64,000 nt of DNA. Origin: an uncultured Lentisphaerota bacterium. Its GTDB lineage: Bacteria; Verrucomicrobiota; Kiritimatiellia; RFP12; UBA1067. Position numbers and translations under genes: made by a program. Positions 51,983-62,263 of the stretch are shown here, in pieces; position 1 is the stretch's first letter, and each line of letters opens with the position of its first letter. The DNA lies in the NCBI GenBank assembly GCA_900321255.1, contig ONVK01000005.1, positions 41-64,040 of the forward strand, read 5' to 3'. A model generated the notes under the pieces. That model had not been told where the DNA came from. It saw nothing but the letters and a program-made list of their open reading frames with translations, and searched no databases.

Positions 51983-52537
51983 TTATTTCACTTCGCGGTA
52001 GGCGTCAACCGCTTTTTTCCACGCAGGGGTGCCGCAGTAGCCGCACGGCTTGAACTCCGGGCAGAACCCTCGGTAGACGCATTCCGGGACGCAGCAAGCA
52101 GCGACCTCGGGCTCCTTTTTCGCGATTTCGTCGACTACGGCCCTCCACGCCGCGCGCGTCTCCGCGCTCGCCTGCCCGCACAGGCGGCGACGCGAAATGA
52201 ACATGACGGCCTGGGCGTTCGCGAAGCACTCGTGCATGACAGGCGCGTCCTGGCGGTTTGCATCGCGCTGGACGCCGGTCCTGTCGGTGCGCTGGGTCGA
52301 GACGAAATGCTCGATGCCGAATTTATGGCGCACGAAATGGACACTCACCCAGTACGGGAGGTCCACCCACTTCCAGTTGAAGCAGAGCTTGCGGACCGGC
52401 GAGTGCTCGGCGAGCAGTATGCGCTTTTTCCACTTTGAGCTCGGCTCTCCCTCGCCCTCCTCGCGGCGGATTGTCGTTCTGGCCGCGTCGGCGACCTCGC
52501 GCCACGTGCCCTTGACCTTCAGGAACTTGATTTTCAT
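51983..52537 (-). CDS. Divergent ThyX-fold protein with a C-terminal six-cysteine cluster
   Basis: 184 aa. AEHSPVRKLCFNWKWVDLPYWVSVHFVRHKFGIEHFVSTQRTDRT aligns with the ThyX EHSP...RHR....S.RY block, but reads RHK and STQRTD instead. The C-terminus is ACCVPECVYRGFCPEFKPCGYCG. The start has an ATGA overlap with the upstream stop. Confidence 0.5.
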   Translation of the reverse strand: MKIKFLKVKGTWREVADAARTTIRREEGEGEPSSKWKKRILLAEHSPVRKLCFNWKWVDLPYWVSVHFVRHKFGIEHFVSTQRTDRTGVQRDANRQDAPVMHECFANAQAVMFISRRRLCGQASAETRAAWRAVVDEIAKKEPEVAACCVPECVYRGFCPEFKPCGYCGTPAWKKAVDAYREVK

Positions 52538-53442
52538 TTCATCCCTCCATTGTTGAAGCCGTGTAGAATTTCCGCATTTGCCTGGCGCGGGCGGAACGCG
52601 ACGCGGCGCCAGCCAATGAGCAAATCGTACTTTAGAAGCGTGTCCGCCCCGATGCGGTTCATCGGCTCCGCGACGACCATTGGACGGATCGACAAGGGGA
52701 TTCCAAGCGTGAGCACCCCTTCTCTGCCGACGACGGGCCTCAGGGCGTTGCCCACGCCATTCACGTCGGTAGCGGAAATATCCGCCTTCTCGTCCGTCAC
52801 CGGCCATCCGGTTTCGCGCCCGAGAAACGTCATCGTCGCGGCCGAGTCGACGATAAGCGGGATATCCTTCTCGCCGCAGCGCGCCTTAAGGTCGATGCTG
52901 AAGGGATCGGACGCGGCGCGATCGACGGCGTTCGTAAACCCGGCGAGGCGGTCGCGCCTCGGCGCAAAGACGACTTCGCCGGAACCCAGGGAAACGAGCG
53001 TCGTGACGCGCCCGACGACGTTCATGCCAATTACGCCGTCGATCTTCTCGCCGATCCCCTTCTGGAAATGCGAGATGTCGAGCACCATCACGTCGAAATC
53101 GCAGAACTCAGCTGGCCCCACCTTGAACGAATCGGCATGCACAAGAGACGGCGCGCCCTCGACATTCGTTACGCCCGCAAGGACGACCTTCTCAAGTTTG
53201 CGGTCCTTGAGTTCGCGCTCGACAAAACCCTTGTCCAGAGTCGTGTGCGTCGCTCCGGTGTCGAATAGGAGCGTGCAGGGCTTGCCGTCCACTTCGCCGC
53301 GAACGATCGGCATGTTGTTGCCGAGAACGCGCACCGCAACAGGCGTGTCGTTCGTGGGGGCGGTTTCGGGCAGAAACGGCACCCGCCCGGCGAAGGCGGG
53401 TACCGATGCGGCAAAAACCAGAAATGCCGCGGACAGTCTCAT
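52534..53442 (-). CDS. Secreted single-chain, two-lobed retropepsin-like aspartic protease
   Basis: 302 aa with a signal peptide (MRLSAAFLVFAASVPAFAG). Lobe 1 has LLFDTGATHTTL and lobe 2 has LIVDSAATMTFL. Each lobe has GMN/GAD-like flap or dimer-interface segments. Confidence 0.7.
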   Translation of the reverse strand: MRLSAAFLVFAASVPAFAGRVPFLPETAPTNDTPVAVRVLGNNMPIVRGEVDGKPCTLLFDTGATHTTLDKGFVERELKDRKLEKVVLAGVTNVEGAPSLVHADSFKVGPAEFCDFDVMVLDISHFQKGIGEKIDGVIGMNVVGRVTTLVSLGSGEVVFAPRRDRLAGFTNAVDRAASDPFSIDLKARCGEKDIPLIVDSAATMTFLGRETGWPVTDEKADISATDVNGVGNALRPVVGREGVLTLGIPLSIRPMVVAEPMNRIGADTLLKYDLLIGWRRVAFRPRQANAEILHGFNNGGMK

Positions 53443-54038
53443 CAGAAGCCGAGCGCCGCCTTGGTCTGCTGCTTGCGGATCTCCTGCTCGTCGGTCCAGG
53501 CGATCTCCCCGCTCGCGATGTCCTTCATGTTCAGCGTGAACTTGAAGTAGCGGTCCGTCACGCCGTCGACCTGCTGGCGCATCTCGGTAAGCGCGCCGTA
53601 CAGGTACAGCTGCGCGGCGGACTGCTGGCCCGCGGCGACGGCCTTTGAGGGGTCCGTCATTCCGTTGAGCGCCTGGTCGTTCATGAACTGGAGATCGGTC
53701 GCCGATGTCGTGCGGTCCATGAAACGAAACTTGCGCGAGCGCACGAGCTTGGTGCGGATCGAGTCGGTGATCGACTGCATGTCGAGGTGCATCGTCGAGC
53801 GGTTCTGCAGCGGCCCGATGTCTAGAACCGGCTTCCCGGCGACGTACTCGGCGATGAACTCGCGGTCGGCGAGCATCGAATCAACCATCTTCTCGACCGT
53901 CCGGCGCACGTCCTGCGGCTCGATCGCCGCCGACATCGCGCGCTGGTCCAGCTGAACCTCGCGCGCCCTCGGTCCCGCGCACCCGCACAGCAGCGCCGCG
54001 AGCGCGACGCCTCCGACAACCATAGTCTGCTTCATCAT
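53442..54038 (-). CDS. lpoB: LpoB/YcfM-family (COG3417) outer-membrane lipoprotein
   Basis: Lipobox LLCGCAG. PVLDIGPLQNRSTMHLDMQSITDSIRTKLVRSRKFRFMD...LYLYGALTEM matches the LpoB-family pattern. The start at 54038 is preceded by AAGGAG. Confidence 0.6.
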   Translation of the reverse strand: MMKQTMVVGGVALAALLCGCAGPRAREVQLDQRAMSAAIEPQDVRRTVEKMVDSMLADREFIAEYVAGKPVLDIGPLQNRSTMHLDMQSITDSIRTKLVRSRKFRFMDRTTSATDLQFMNDQALNGMTDPSKAVAAGQQSAAQLYLYGALTEMRQQVDGVTDRYFKFTLNMKDIASGEIAWTDEQEIRKQQTKAALGF

Positions 54039-54073
54039 GTAGTCTCCTTTGTGAATGTATTGCAACGCTTATG

Positions 54074-54487
54074 TCAGATTCCCTGGGCGGTGTCGGTTTC
54101 GCGCACCTGCAGGCGGGCCGTCACGCCCTTTTCGTTCGGCGCCATCCCCGTGAAGGTCGTGACGTCGTTTCCGTCGAGGACTATCGCACGGAACGGCTTG
54201 CCGTCGGGATCGATCTCGGTCCCCTCGAAGTCAAGCCACACCATCCTGGCCTGCAGCTCCTGCCTCTTGTGCGTCAGCGACTCGAGCGTCACCGTGGCCC
54301 TCTTGATGCCGTCGACGTCTCCGTATGTGACGCGGACGACCTTGACGCGGTTTGCGAGGCGGGTGGAGCACTCGAGAATCGAGGCGTCCCCCGTCTGGGT
54401 ATCGACCGTGACACGCGTTCCCGCCGTCTCGACGCACCCTGCGAAAATGGCGGCTACGGCCGCCAGCACGACTGTCTTCATTGTCAT
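54074..54487 (-). CDS. ycfL: YcfL-family (DUF1425) lipoprotein
   Basis: 137 aa with lipobox IFAGC. ATVTLESLTHKRQELQARMVWLDFEGTEI fits the YcfL pattern and the gene is adjacent to lpoB. ATGA overlap with the upstream stop. Confidence 0.6.
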   Translation of the reverse strand: MTMKTVVLAAVAAIFAGCVETAGTRVTVDTQTGDASILECSTRLANRVKVVRVTYGDVDGIKRATVTLESLTHKRQELQARMVWLDFEGTEIDPDGKPFRAIVLDGNDVTTFTGMAPNEKGVTARLQVRETDTAQGI

Positions 54488-55878
54488 TTGTTTATCTCCT
54501 TGCCGTTTAAATACATGCCAGGCGCCCCAACAGGGCCGGCCGCGGCAGATGCGCCGCGCACAACAGACCCCGCGTCGGCTATCCACAAAACGCGCGTCTC
54601 GCCCGCCGCAAGCGGAACCTGCGCCGTGATGATCCGTCCGTCGACCGAAACCGACACGGCGTAGACGCCTGGCTTCATGCCGTCGTCGCACCATACCTGC
54701 TGAGACGACGGAAGGGTGCGCCAGCTTCGCGTGTCGGCCGACCTGCAGGCCGAGACGACCACGTTGAACAGGAACATGCCGAGCTGCGCATATTCGTTCC
54801 CCGAGGCGTTCACCGCCGCCTGCGCGCCGGCCTGCGCCACGGCGCGCGTCACGTTGCGGGCGACTATGCCGGGCATCTGCTCCTTCAGGTCGCGCGCCGC
54901 AAGCGAGCGCACGCTCACCGCCAATGCCGCCGCCTTCGCGCCAGAGGAACCCGCAACGGACACGTTGTTCTCGCCAAACGGCACGGTTGGATACTTCGGG
55001 ATCTGCACCGAAAAGCCGGTGTAGAGCGGAATCGGGATCTCAAGCGATTCACGCATCGGCACGAAACCCTGGTCGTAGAAGACGACGAGGCGCGCCGAAT
55101 CCGCACGCGGCGAGGCGCTTCCGCCGGATCGCGCCGCGTCGGCGGCGAAATACGGGTTTTCGGGGCGTATCGCCGCCGCCTTGCGGTAGCTCTGCCACGC
55201 CATGTCCAGCTCTCCGTTCGCCTCGAAGAGGATGCCGGTAAGCCACCAAAGGGCGGGGTTCTCCCACGAATTGCGCGTCGCCGCGATCATCTCGTCGAGG
55301 CTCGCCGACTGCGATGCCACGATGGAACGCGACGATGCGCTCGCGCCCTCCGGATCCTTCGCGAGGTCGGCCCCGCAAGTCTCGGCGAGCGTGTCCTGAA
55401 CATATACGGCAAGCCGCGCGTCGATCAGCGCATCCTCGCGCAGCCCCGCCAGAAGCTGGGCGATTATGCCGTATTCAAGCGCGAGGTTGATCTCGTACGG
55501 GGGAAGATAGTATTCGCGCGTGCGGTCGTCGGTGATCGTGGCCGAAAGCGCGGTGTTGCCCCAGTCGGAGAGCTTCATCTTCGGCGCCGTCTCGCTGCGC
55601 TCCACCGCCGAGTCGACTGCCGCGCGGAACCGCCTCGTCGCCTCTCCGTAGCTGCCCGCGAGCAGATTGACGCGACCGGCCTCGACGAGACCGAGGTTCC
55701 GGGAATAATGGCTTTCGTCGGCGAGTTCGGCGCTCCACGCAATTGCCGCGGCGTCGTCGCCGCGGGCGAGAGCCGCGACCGCGGCCATCGCCTCCTCGTC
55801 GACGGTGACGCACCCGCTGAACGCCGCAACAGCAGCGGCGACGGCGAGAATCGAAAACCGATCCGCCAGCAGCTTCAT
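54484..55878 (-). CDS. COG3014-like helical-repeat lipoprotein commonly linked to lpoB/ycfL
   Basis: 464 aa with lipobox AAFSGC and an alpha-helical repeat-like N-terminal half. Its operon position is upstream of ycfL-lpoB. Confidence 0.45.
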   Translation of the reverse strand: MKLLADRFSILAVAAAVAAFSGCVTVDEEAMAAVAALARGDDAAAIAWSAELADESHYSRNLGLVEAGRVNLLAGSYGEATRRFRAAVDSAVERSETAPKMKLSDWGNTALSATITDDRTREYYLPPYEINLALEYGIIAQLLAGLREDALIDARLAVYVQDTLAETCGADLAKDPEGASASSRSIVASQSASLDEMIAATRNSWENPALWWLTGILFEANGELDMAWQSYRKAAAIRPENPYFAADAARSGGSASPRADSARLVVFYDQGFVPMRESLEIPIPLYTGFSVQIPKYPTVPFGENNVSVAGSSGAKAAALAVSVRSLAARDLKEQMPGIVARNVTRAVAQAGAQAAVNASGNEYAQLGMFLFNVVVSACRSADTRSWRTLPSSQQVWCDDGMKPGVYAVSVSVDGRIITAQVPLAAGETRVLWIADAGSVVRGASAAAGPVGAPGMYLNGKEINK

Positions 55879-55882
55879 GCCG

Positions 55883-57010
55883 TCAGTTCGTCTGCTTGAT
55901 GACGACGGGCGGACGGCCGCCGTAGGTTACGTCGCGCCAGCTTGACGAGTCGTGGTTGACCTTGATGCCGCGCGTCATGGCGGCTTCCGCGTAGCCCTGC
56001 GCGACATTCGCCCTGAGCGCCTCGACAGAGCCCCACTTCTCGATGCCCTCCTCGCTCATCTCGAGCGCAATCTCGAACACGGCTCCAGGCTGGACGTTGA
56101 TGGTTCCGGTAAAAGGCTCCATCCACGCGCGCGACACCTTGATCTGGTGCAGCCCCGGCGTCGCCATGAACTGGCCGGGGGCAGAGCCGACAACGGCGCC
56201 GTCAAGCTCGACCGTCGCGCCGCCGACAACCTTGCGGAGCTCCTGGAGCTGCTCGCCGGAAACGCCCTTCGTCTGGCTCTCGAGCGCCGCGATGACGCGG
56301 TCGATCGTCGTGGAGACGGTGAAGGGAACCATTCCCTGCGCCTCGGCGGGACGCCTCCAGCGGGCGGACTTCTGCGCCACGACGGGCGTCACCTGCGCGA
56401 TCCACTTGTCGAAAAGCATCTGGTAATAGCCCATGGGATCGTCATCGCCCGCGCCGAGAATGGGCATCTGCAGCGCCGGCAGCGGAACGCTGTCGACGCT
56501 CGCGCCTGTCGCGTCCATGATCTTGAGCGTCATGCGCAGCATGTAGTTCTTCGCCGGCTGCCCGCCGATGTTGCGCGCCATGGCTCGCGCGTCCGCAATC
56601 GTCGCGGCGGCGATGTAGTCGCAGCCAAGCATCTGCGAAACGCGCGGGACAGACCCGCCCGTGAAGATGCCCGGCACAAGCCCCGTCTTCTCCTCGTCCG
56701 TCGTCACCTTGTAGCGGCGGAAGGTGTCGGCTACCTGCGCCGAGTCCATCACGGCAAAGCCTTCGATCTCGGCAAACGCCGCCGCGAGACGGTCGCGAAC
56801 GCCGTCAACCTCGTCGTCCATCCCCGGGACGCGCGTGCGGTTCTGCACGAACACGGCGATTTTCCTGAGCTCCGAGCGCTGCTGCTGCCATTCGACCGTC
56901 TCGACGACCGTTGTGGTCACGTTCTTGACGACTGTCGTAGTCGTTGTCGCCTGCTGCGCAAAAGCCGCGAAGAGACCCGCCGCGAGAGCGGCCGCTATCA
57001 TGTGTTTCAT
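55883..57010 (-). CDS. Secreted envelope protein with an LpoB/CsgG-like N-terminal region and a PEGA-like C-terminal domain
   Basis: 375 aa with a signal peptide. KIAVFVQNRTRVPGMDDEVDGVRDRLAAAF...FAVMD resembles LpoB/CsgG-like modules. GATVELDGAVVGSAPGQFMATPGLHQIKVS...INVQPG is PEGA-like. Confidence 0.4.
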   Translation of the reverse strand: MKHMIAAALAAGLFAAFAQQATTTTTVVKNVTTTVVETVEWQQQRSELRKIAVFVQNRTRVPGMDDEVDGVRDRLAAAFAEIEGFAVMDSAQVADTFRRYKVTTDEEKTGLVPGIFTGGSVPRVSQMLGCDYIAAATIADARAMARNIGGQPAKNYMLRMTLKIMDATGASVDSVPLPALQMPILGAGDDDPMGYYQMLFDKWIAQVTPVVAQKSARWRRPAEAQGMVPFTVSTTIDRVIAALESQTKGVSGEQLQELRKVVGGATVELDGAVVGSAPGQFMATPGLHQIKVSRAWMEPFTGTINVQPGAVFEIALEMSEEGIEKWGSVEALRANVAQGYAEAAMTRGIKVNHDSSSWRDVTYGGRPPVVIKQTN

Positions 57011-57034
57011 ATGGCGTCGTCCTTTAATAAAGCG

Positions 57035-57415
57035 TCAGAAATACCAGTTGATGATCGGCAGGAACGGAATGTCGTTGTCCTGGATGACGTTCACGACACC
57101 GACCTGGACGCCGTACATCTTGCGCGTCACGTTTATGACGCCGAGCTGCCAGCCGCGGAAGACGTCGGTCGTGTTTATTACGCCGATCTGCCAGCCGTCG
57201 AAGTCCTCGACCCAGTTGAACACGCCGATCTGAAGGCCCTTTACGTTCCAGAACCCGGGAGGAAGGCCGACGGGCGTCACGATGTTGATCGAAAGCGGTG
57301 TGTAGCTCCGCATGACTTCGGAGGGAGGGTTCTTGCCCTCGAGATACAGGTTGGCATCGGCTCCAAGCGCGACGGCTGACACCGCCATCGCGGCGGCAAA
57401 GAAAAGACTTTTCAT
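57035..57415 (-). CDS. Small secreted protein with G(W/V)Q(I/L/V)GV(F/I/V)N repeats (LA_2272-like surface repeat family)
   Basis: 126 aa with a signal peptide (MKSLFFAAAMAVSAVALG). The repeats are GLQIGVFNWV, GWQIGVINTT, GWQLGVINVT and GVQVGVVNVI. The start at 57415 follows AAAGGAGCAGGAG. Confidence 0.6.
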   Translation of the reverse strand: MKSLFFAAAMAVSAVALGADANLYLEGKNPPSEVMRSYTPLSINIVTPVGLPPGFWNVKGLQIGVFNWVEDFDGWQIGVINTTDVFRGWQLGVINVTRKMYGVQVGVVNVIQDNDIPFLPIINWYF

Positions 57416-57452
57416 CGGTCTCCTGCTCCTTTCGTAGTTTTCTACAGACGAA

Positions 57453-57481
57453 ATTATACCAAATCCAGAGGCCTGACGCAA
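57453..57481 (-). promoter_or_regulatory. Sigma70-like promoter for 57035-57415
   Basis: The minus strand reads TTGCGT-17 nt-TATAAT with TGG extended -10. Confidence 0.5.
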
Positions 57482-57492
57482 AGCAGAAAGCG

Positions 57493-60235
<2,743 letters not shown>

Positions 60236-61322
60236 TACTGCTGCTTCTGATCTTCGGCGTGCGCGGCGACGCGGCGATCGCTTTCTGGATGAGCCCCGAC
60301 ACGTCGTTGGTCGCCGCAGCGACGCCGGCTTTTACGGCGTAGTAGATTGCCTTGTGCGAAGAGCTGCCATGCCCGATGATGACTGCGCCTGGGACGCCCA
60401 GGAGAGGCGCTCCGCCGTAGATCTCGGGATCAAGCTGCTTCTTGAGCGCGCGGAACGCCCCCTTCAGGAGTAGCGCGCCGAGAACACGCCAGGGCCCGCG
60501 GAAGCACTCGCGCTTGAGCCAGTAGCCGATGGCCTTCGCGATCGACTCGGTCGTCTTGAGGACGACGTTGCCGACGAAGCCGTCGCAGACCGCGACGTCG
60601 ATCTGGCCCTTGTAGAGGTCCTTGCCCTCGATGTTGCCGACGAAGTTCAGGTCCTTCACTTCCTTGAGGAGCGGGAAGGTCTGCTTCGTCATCTCGTTGC
60701 CCTTGCAGTCCTCGGTGCCGATCGAGATAAGCCCGATGGCGGGAGTCGTGCGCTTCAAGACGGCCTTCGAGTAGGCGTTGCCCATGATAGCGAACTGGAC
60801 GAGCCACTCGGGGTGGCAGTCCATGTTCGCGCCAGCGTCGAGAACGACGAGCGGGCGGCGAGGCGTGCGGTTGGGCATCACCGTCGCGATGGCCGGGCGC
60901 TTCACGCCCGGTATGCGCCCGAGAGTCAAAATCGCGCTTGTCGCGACGGCCCCGGAATTGCCCGCCGACACGAACGCATCGGCGCGGCCTTCCTTTACGA
61001 GGCGCATGGCGACGTTGATCGAGCAGTCCTTTTTCTTCCGGACGGCGTCAACCGGAGACTCGTCCATTTCGGCGACGTCAGGCGCGTGGACAATCTCCAG
61101 CTGGCCGTGTTCAATCGCCGTCTGGGCGGACTTCTTGAGGTCCTTGGGAAGCTTGTCGAGCTCGGCCTGGATAGGCGCGAGCTGTCCGACGAGCAGAACC
61201 TTCACCCCGGGGATGCCGGCGGCGGCCTCAACCGCCCCGACGACTATCTCGCCGGGGGCGTGGTCACCGCCCATCGCATCAAGAGCAATCCGCGTCATAT
61301 GCGGAAACCTCCCGAAACCTGG

Positions 61323-61505
61323 TTACTTGGCCGCGGCGACGACCTTGCGGCCCTTGTACGTGCCGCACTTCGGGCACGCACGATGCGAACGGACGGCAGC
61401 ACCGCACTCGGGGCAGGTGCCGATCTGGGCGAGGATGGGCTTCTCGAGGGAAGCGACGCGCTCGCGTTTACGGCGCTTGGACACACGATTCTTAGGACTT
61501 GCCAT
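61323..61505 (-). CDS. rpmF: 50S ribosomal protein L32
   Basis: 60 aa: MASPKNRVSKRRKRER...CPECG...HRACPKCGTYKGRKV. Confidence 0.93.
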   Translation of the reverse strand: MASPKNRVSKRRKRERVASLEKPILAQIGTCPECGAAVRSHRACPKCGTYKGRKVVAAAK

Positions 61506-61947
61506 TTTCTCTTTCTCCTTGCTTGTTCAAACTGTCGAGCACGTTCCACCGATCGTCCGACGGCATTTCGACCGTCTGTTCGACTCCCGGGCAGGTCTCG
61601 TCGCAGACCGGGTATGTCGGTAGGGCGAGTATTATACTCTCTCTTAGCTCTTCCGTCAAATCGACCTCTGGCGAATCCTCGCCGATTTCGAAGGACGCCG
61701 TGAAGTCCTCGACCTTGATCGTGTCGTCGAAATCCTTGCCGCAGCGGCTGCACACGAGGTCGAAATCCTGCTCAAGACGGCCTCTAACGAGAAGTTCCGA
61801 GCCAAAGACCTGGATCTGGAGTACATAGCGGACGCCGCCGAACGGCTTCACGAACGGCTCGTCAAGGTCCACGCAGTCGACTTCGCCCTCAAGCTCCTCG
61901 CCCTCGGGGTCGACGCGCGACGTGTCTATTGTCAGTTTTGTCTCCAT
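61492..61947 (-). CDS. yceD: YceD/DUF177 family protein (large-subunit ribosomal RNA accumulation protein)
   Basis: 151 aa from METKLTIDTS. It has the CSRCGKDFD...CDETCPG zinc-ribbon-like motifs and the conserved position upstream of rpmF-plsX. The tracked longer ORF start is rejected. Confidence 0.8.
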   Translation of the reverse strand: METKLTIDTSRVDPEGEELEGEVDCVDLDEPFVKPFGGVRYVLQIQVFGSELLVRGRLEQDFDLVCSRCGKDFDDTIKVEDFTASFEIGEDSPEVDLTEELRESIILALPTYPVCDETCPGVEQTVEMPSDDRWNVLDSLNKQGERENGKS

Positions 61948-61956
61948 GTGGCTGAT

Positions 61957-61965
61957 ATTATACCA
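61957..61965 (-). promoter_or_regulatory. Extended -10 promoter (TGGTATAAT) for yceD-rpmF-plsX; leaderless transcript predicted
   Basis: The minus strand reads TTTTTTGGTATAAT-9 nt-ATG. No good -35 element was seen. Confidence 0.4.
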
Positions 61966-62236
61966 AAAAATCGGGGCGGCGATCGACCCCATAGCGCGCA
62001 CTTGCTTTCGCGATACATGTTGACTACTATTTGCCAACCTGTGCGTGTTTGCCTTCCAGTGTGCGGCTGCGGTCAGGGCAACCGTGCTCGCCGCCTTATC
62101 GTCGTCTCGCTTAACAACTTGCAACCACTACCACGCTTCTGCGAACTCTCTTATGCAAGGCGAAAATACGTCGCCGTCAGACTCTAACCGATTCTATCAG
62201 ACCCCAGTCAACCCCGCCGCTCCTACCAAATAACTC

Positions 62237-62254
62237 CGCGGCAAATCTGCCGCG
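62237..62254 (-). terminator. Rho-independent-type terminator after the helicase-S24 gene
   Basis: The minus strand reads CGCGGCA-GATT-TGCCGCG followed by GAGTTATTTGG. It starts 10 nt after the stop codon. Confidence 0.5.
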
Positions 62255-62263
62255 AACAGTTGG

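Noticed and set aside
61948-62263. Whether the 316-bp lower-G+C intergenic region encodes a structured ncRNA (SRP RNA, 6S, tmRNA near smpB) or an att site.
   Set aside because: I could not recognise any conserved RNA family motif or a tRNA-like end. Only a promoter and a terminator could be supported.
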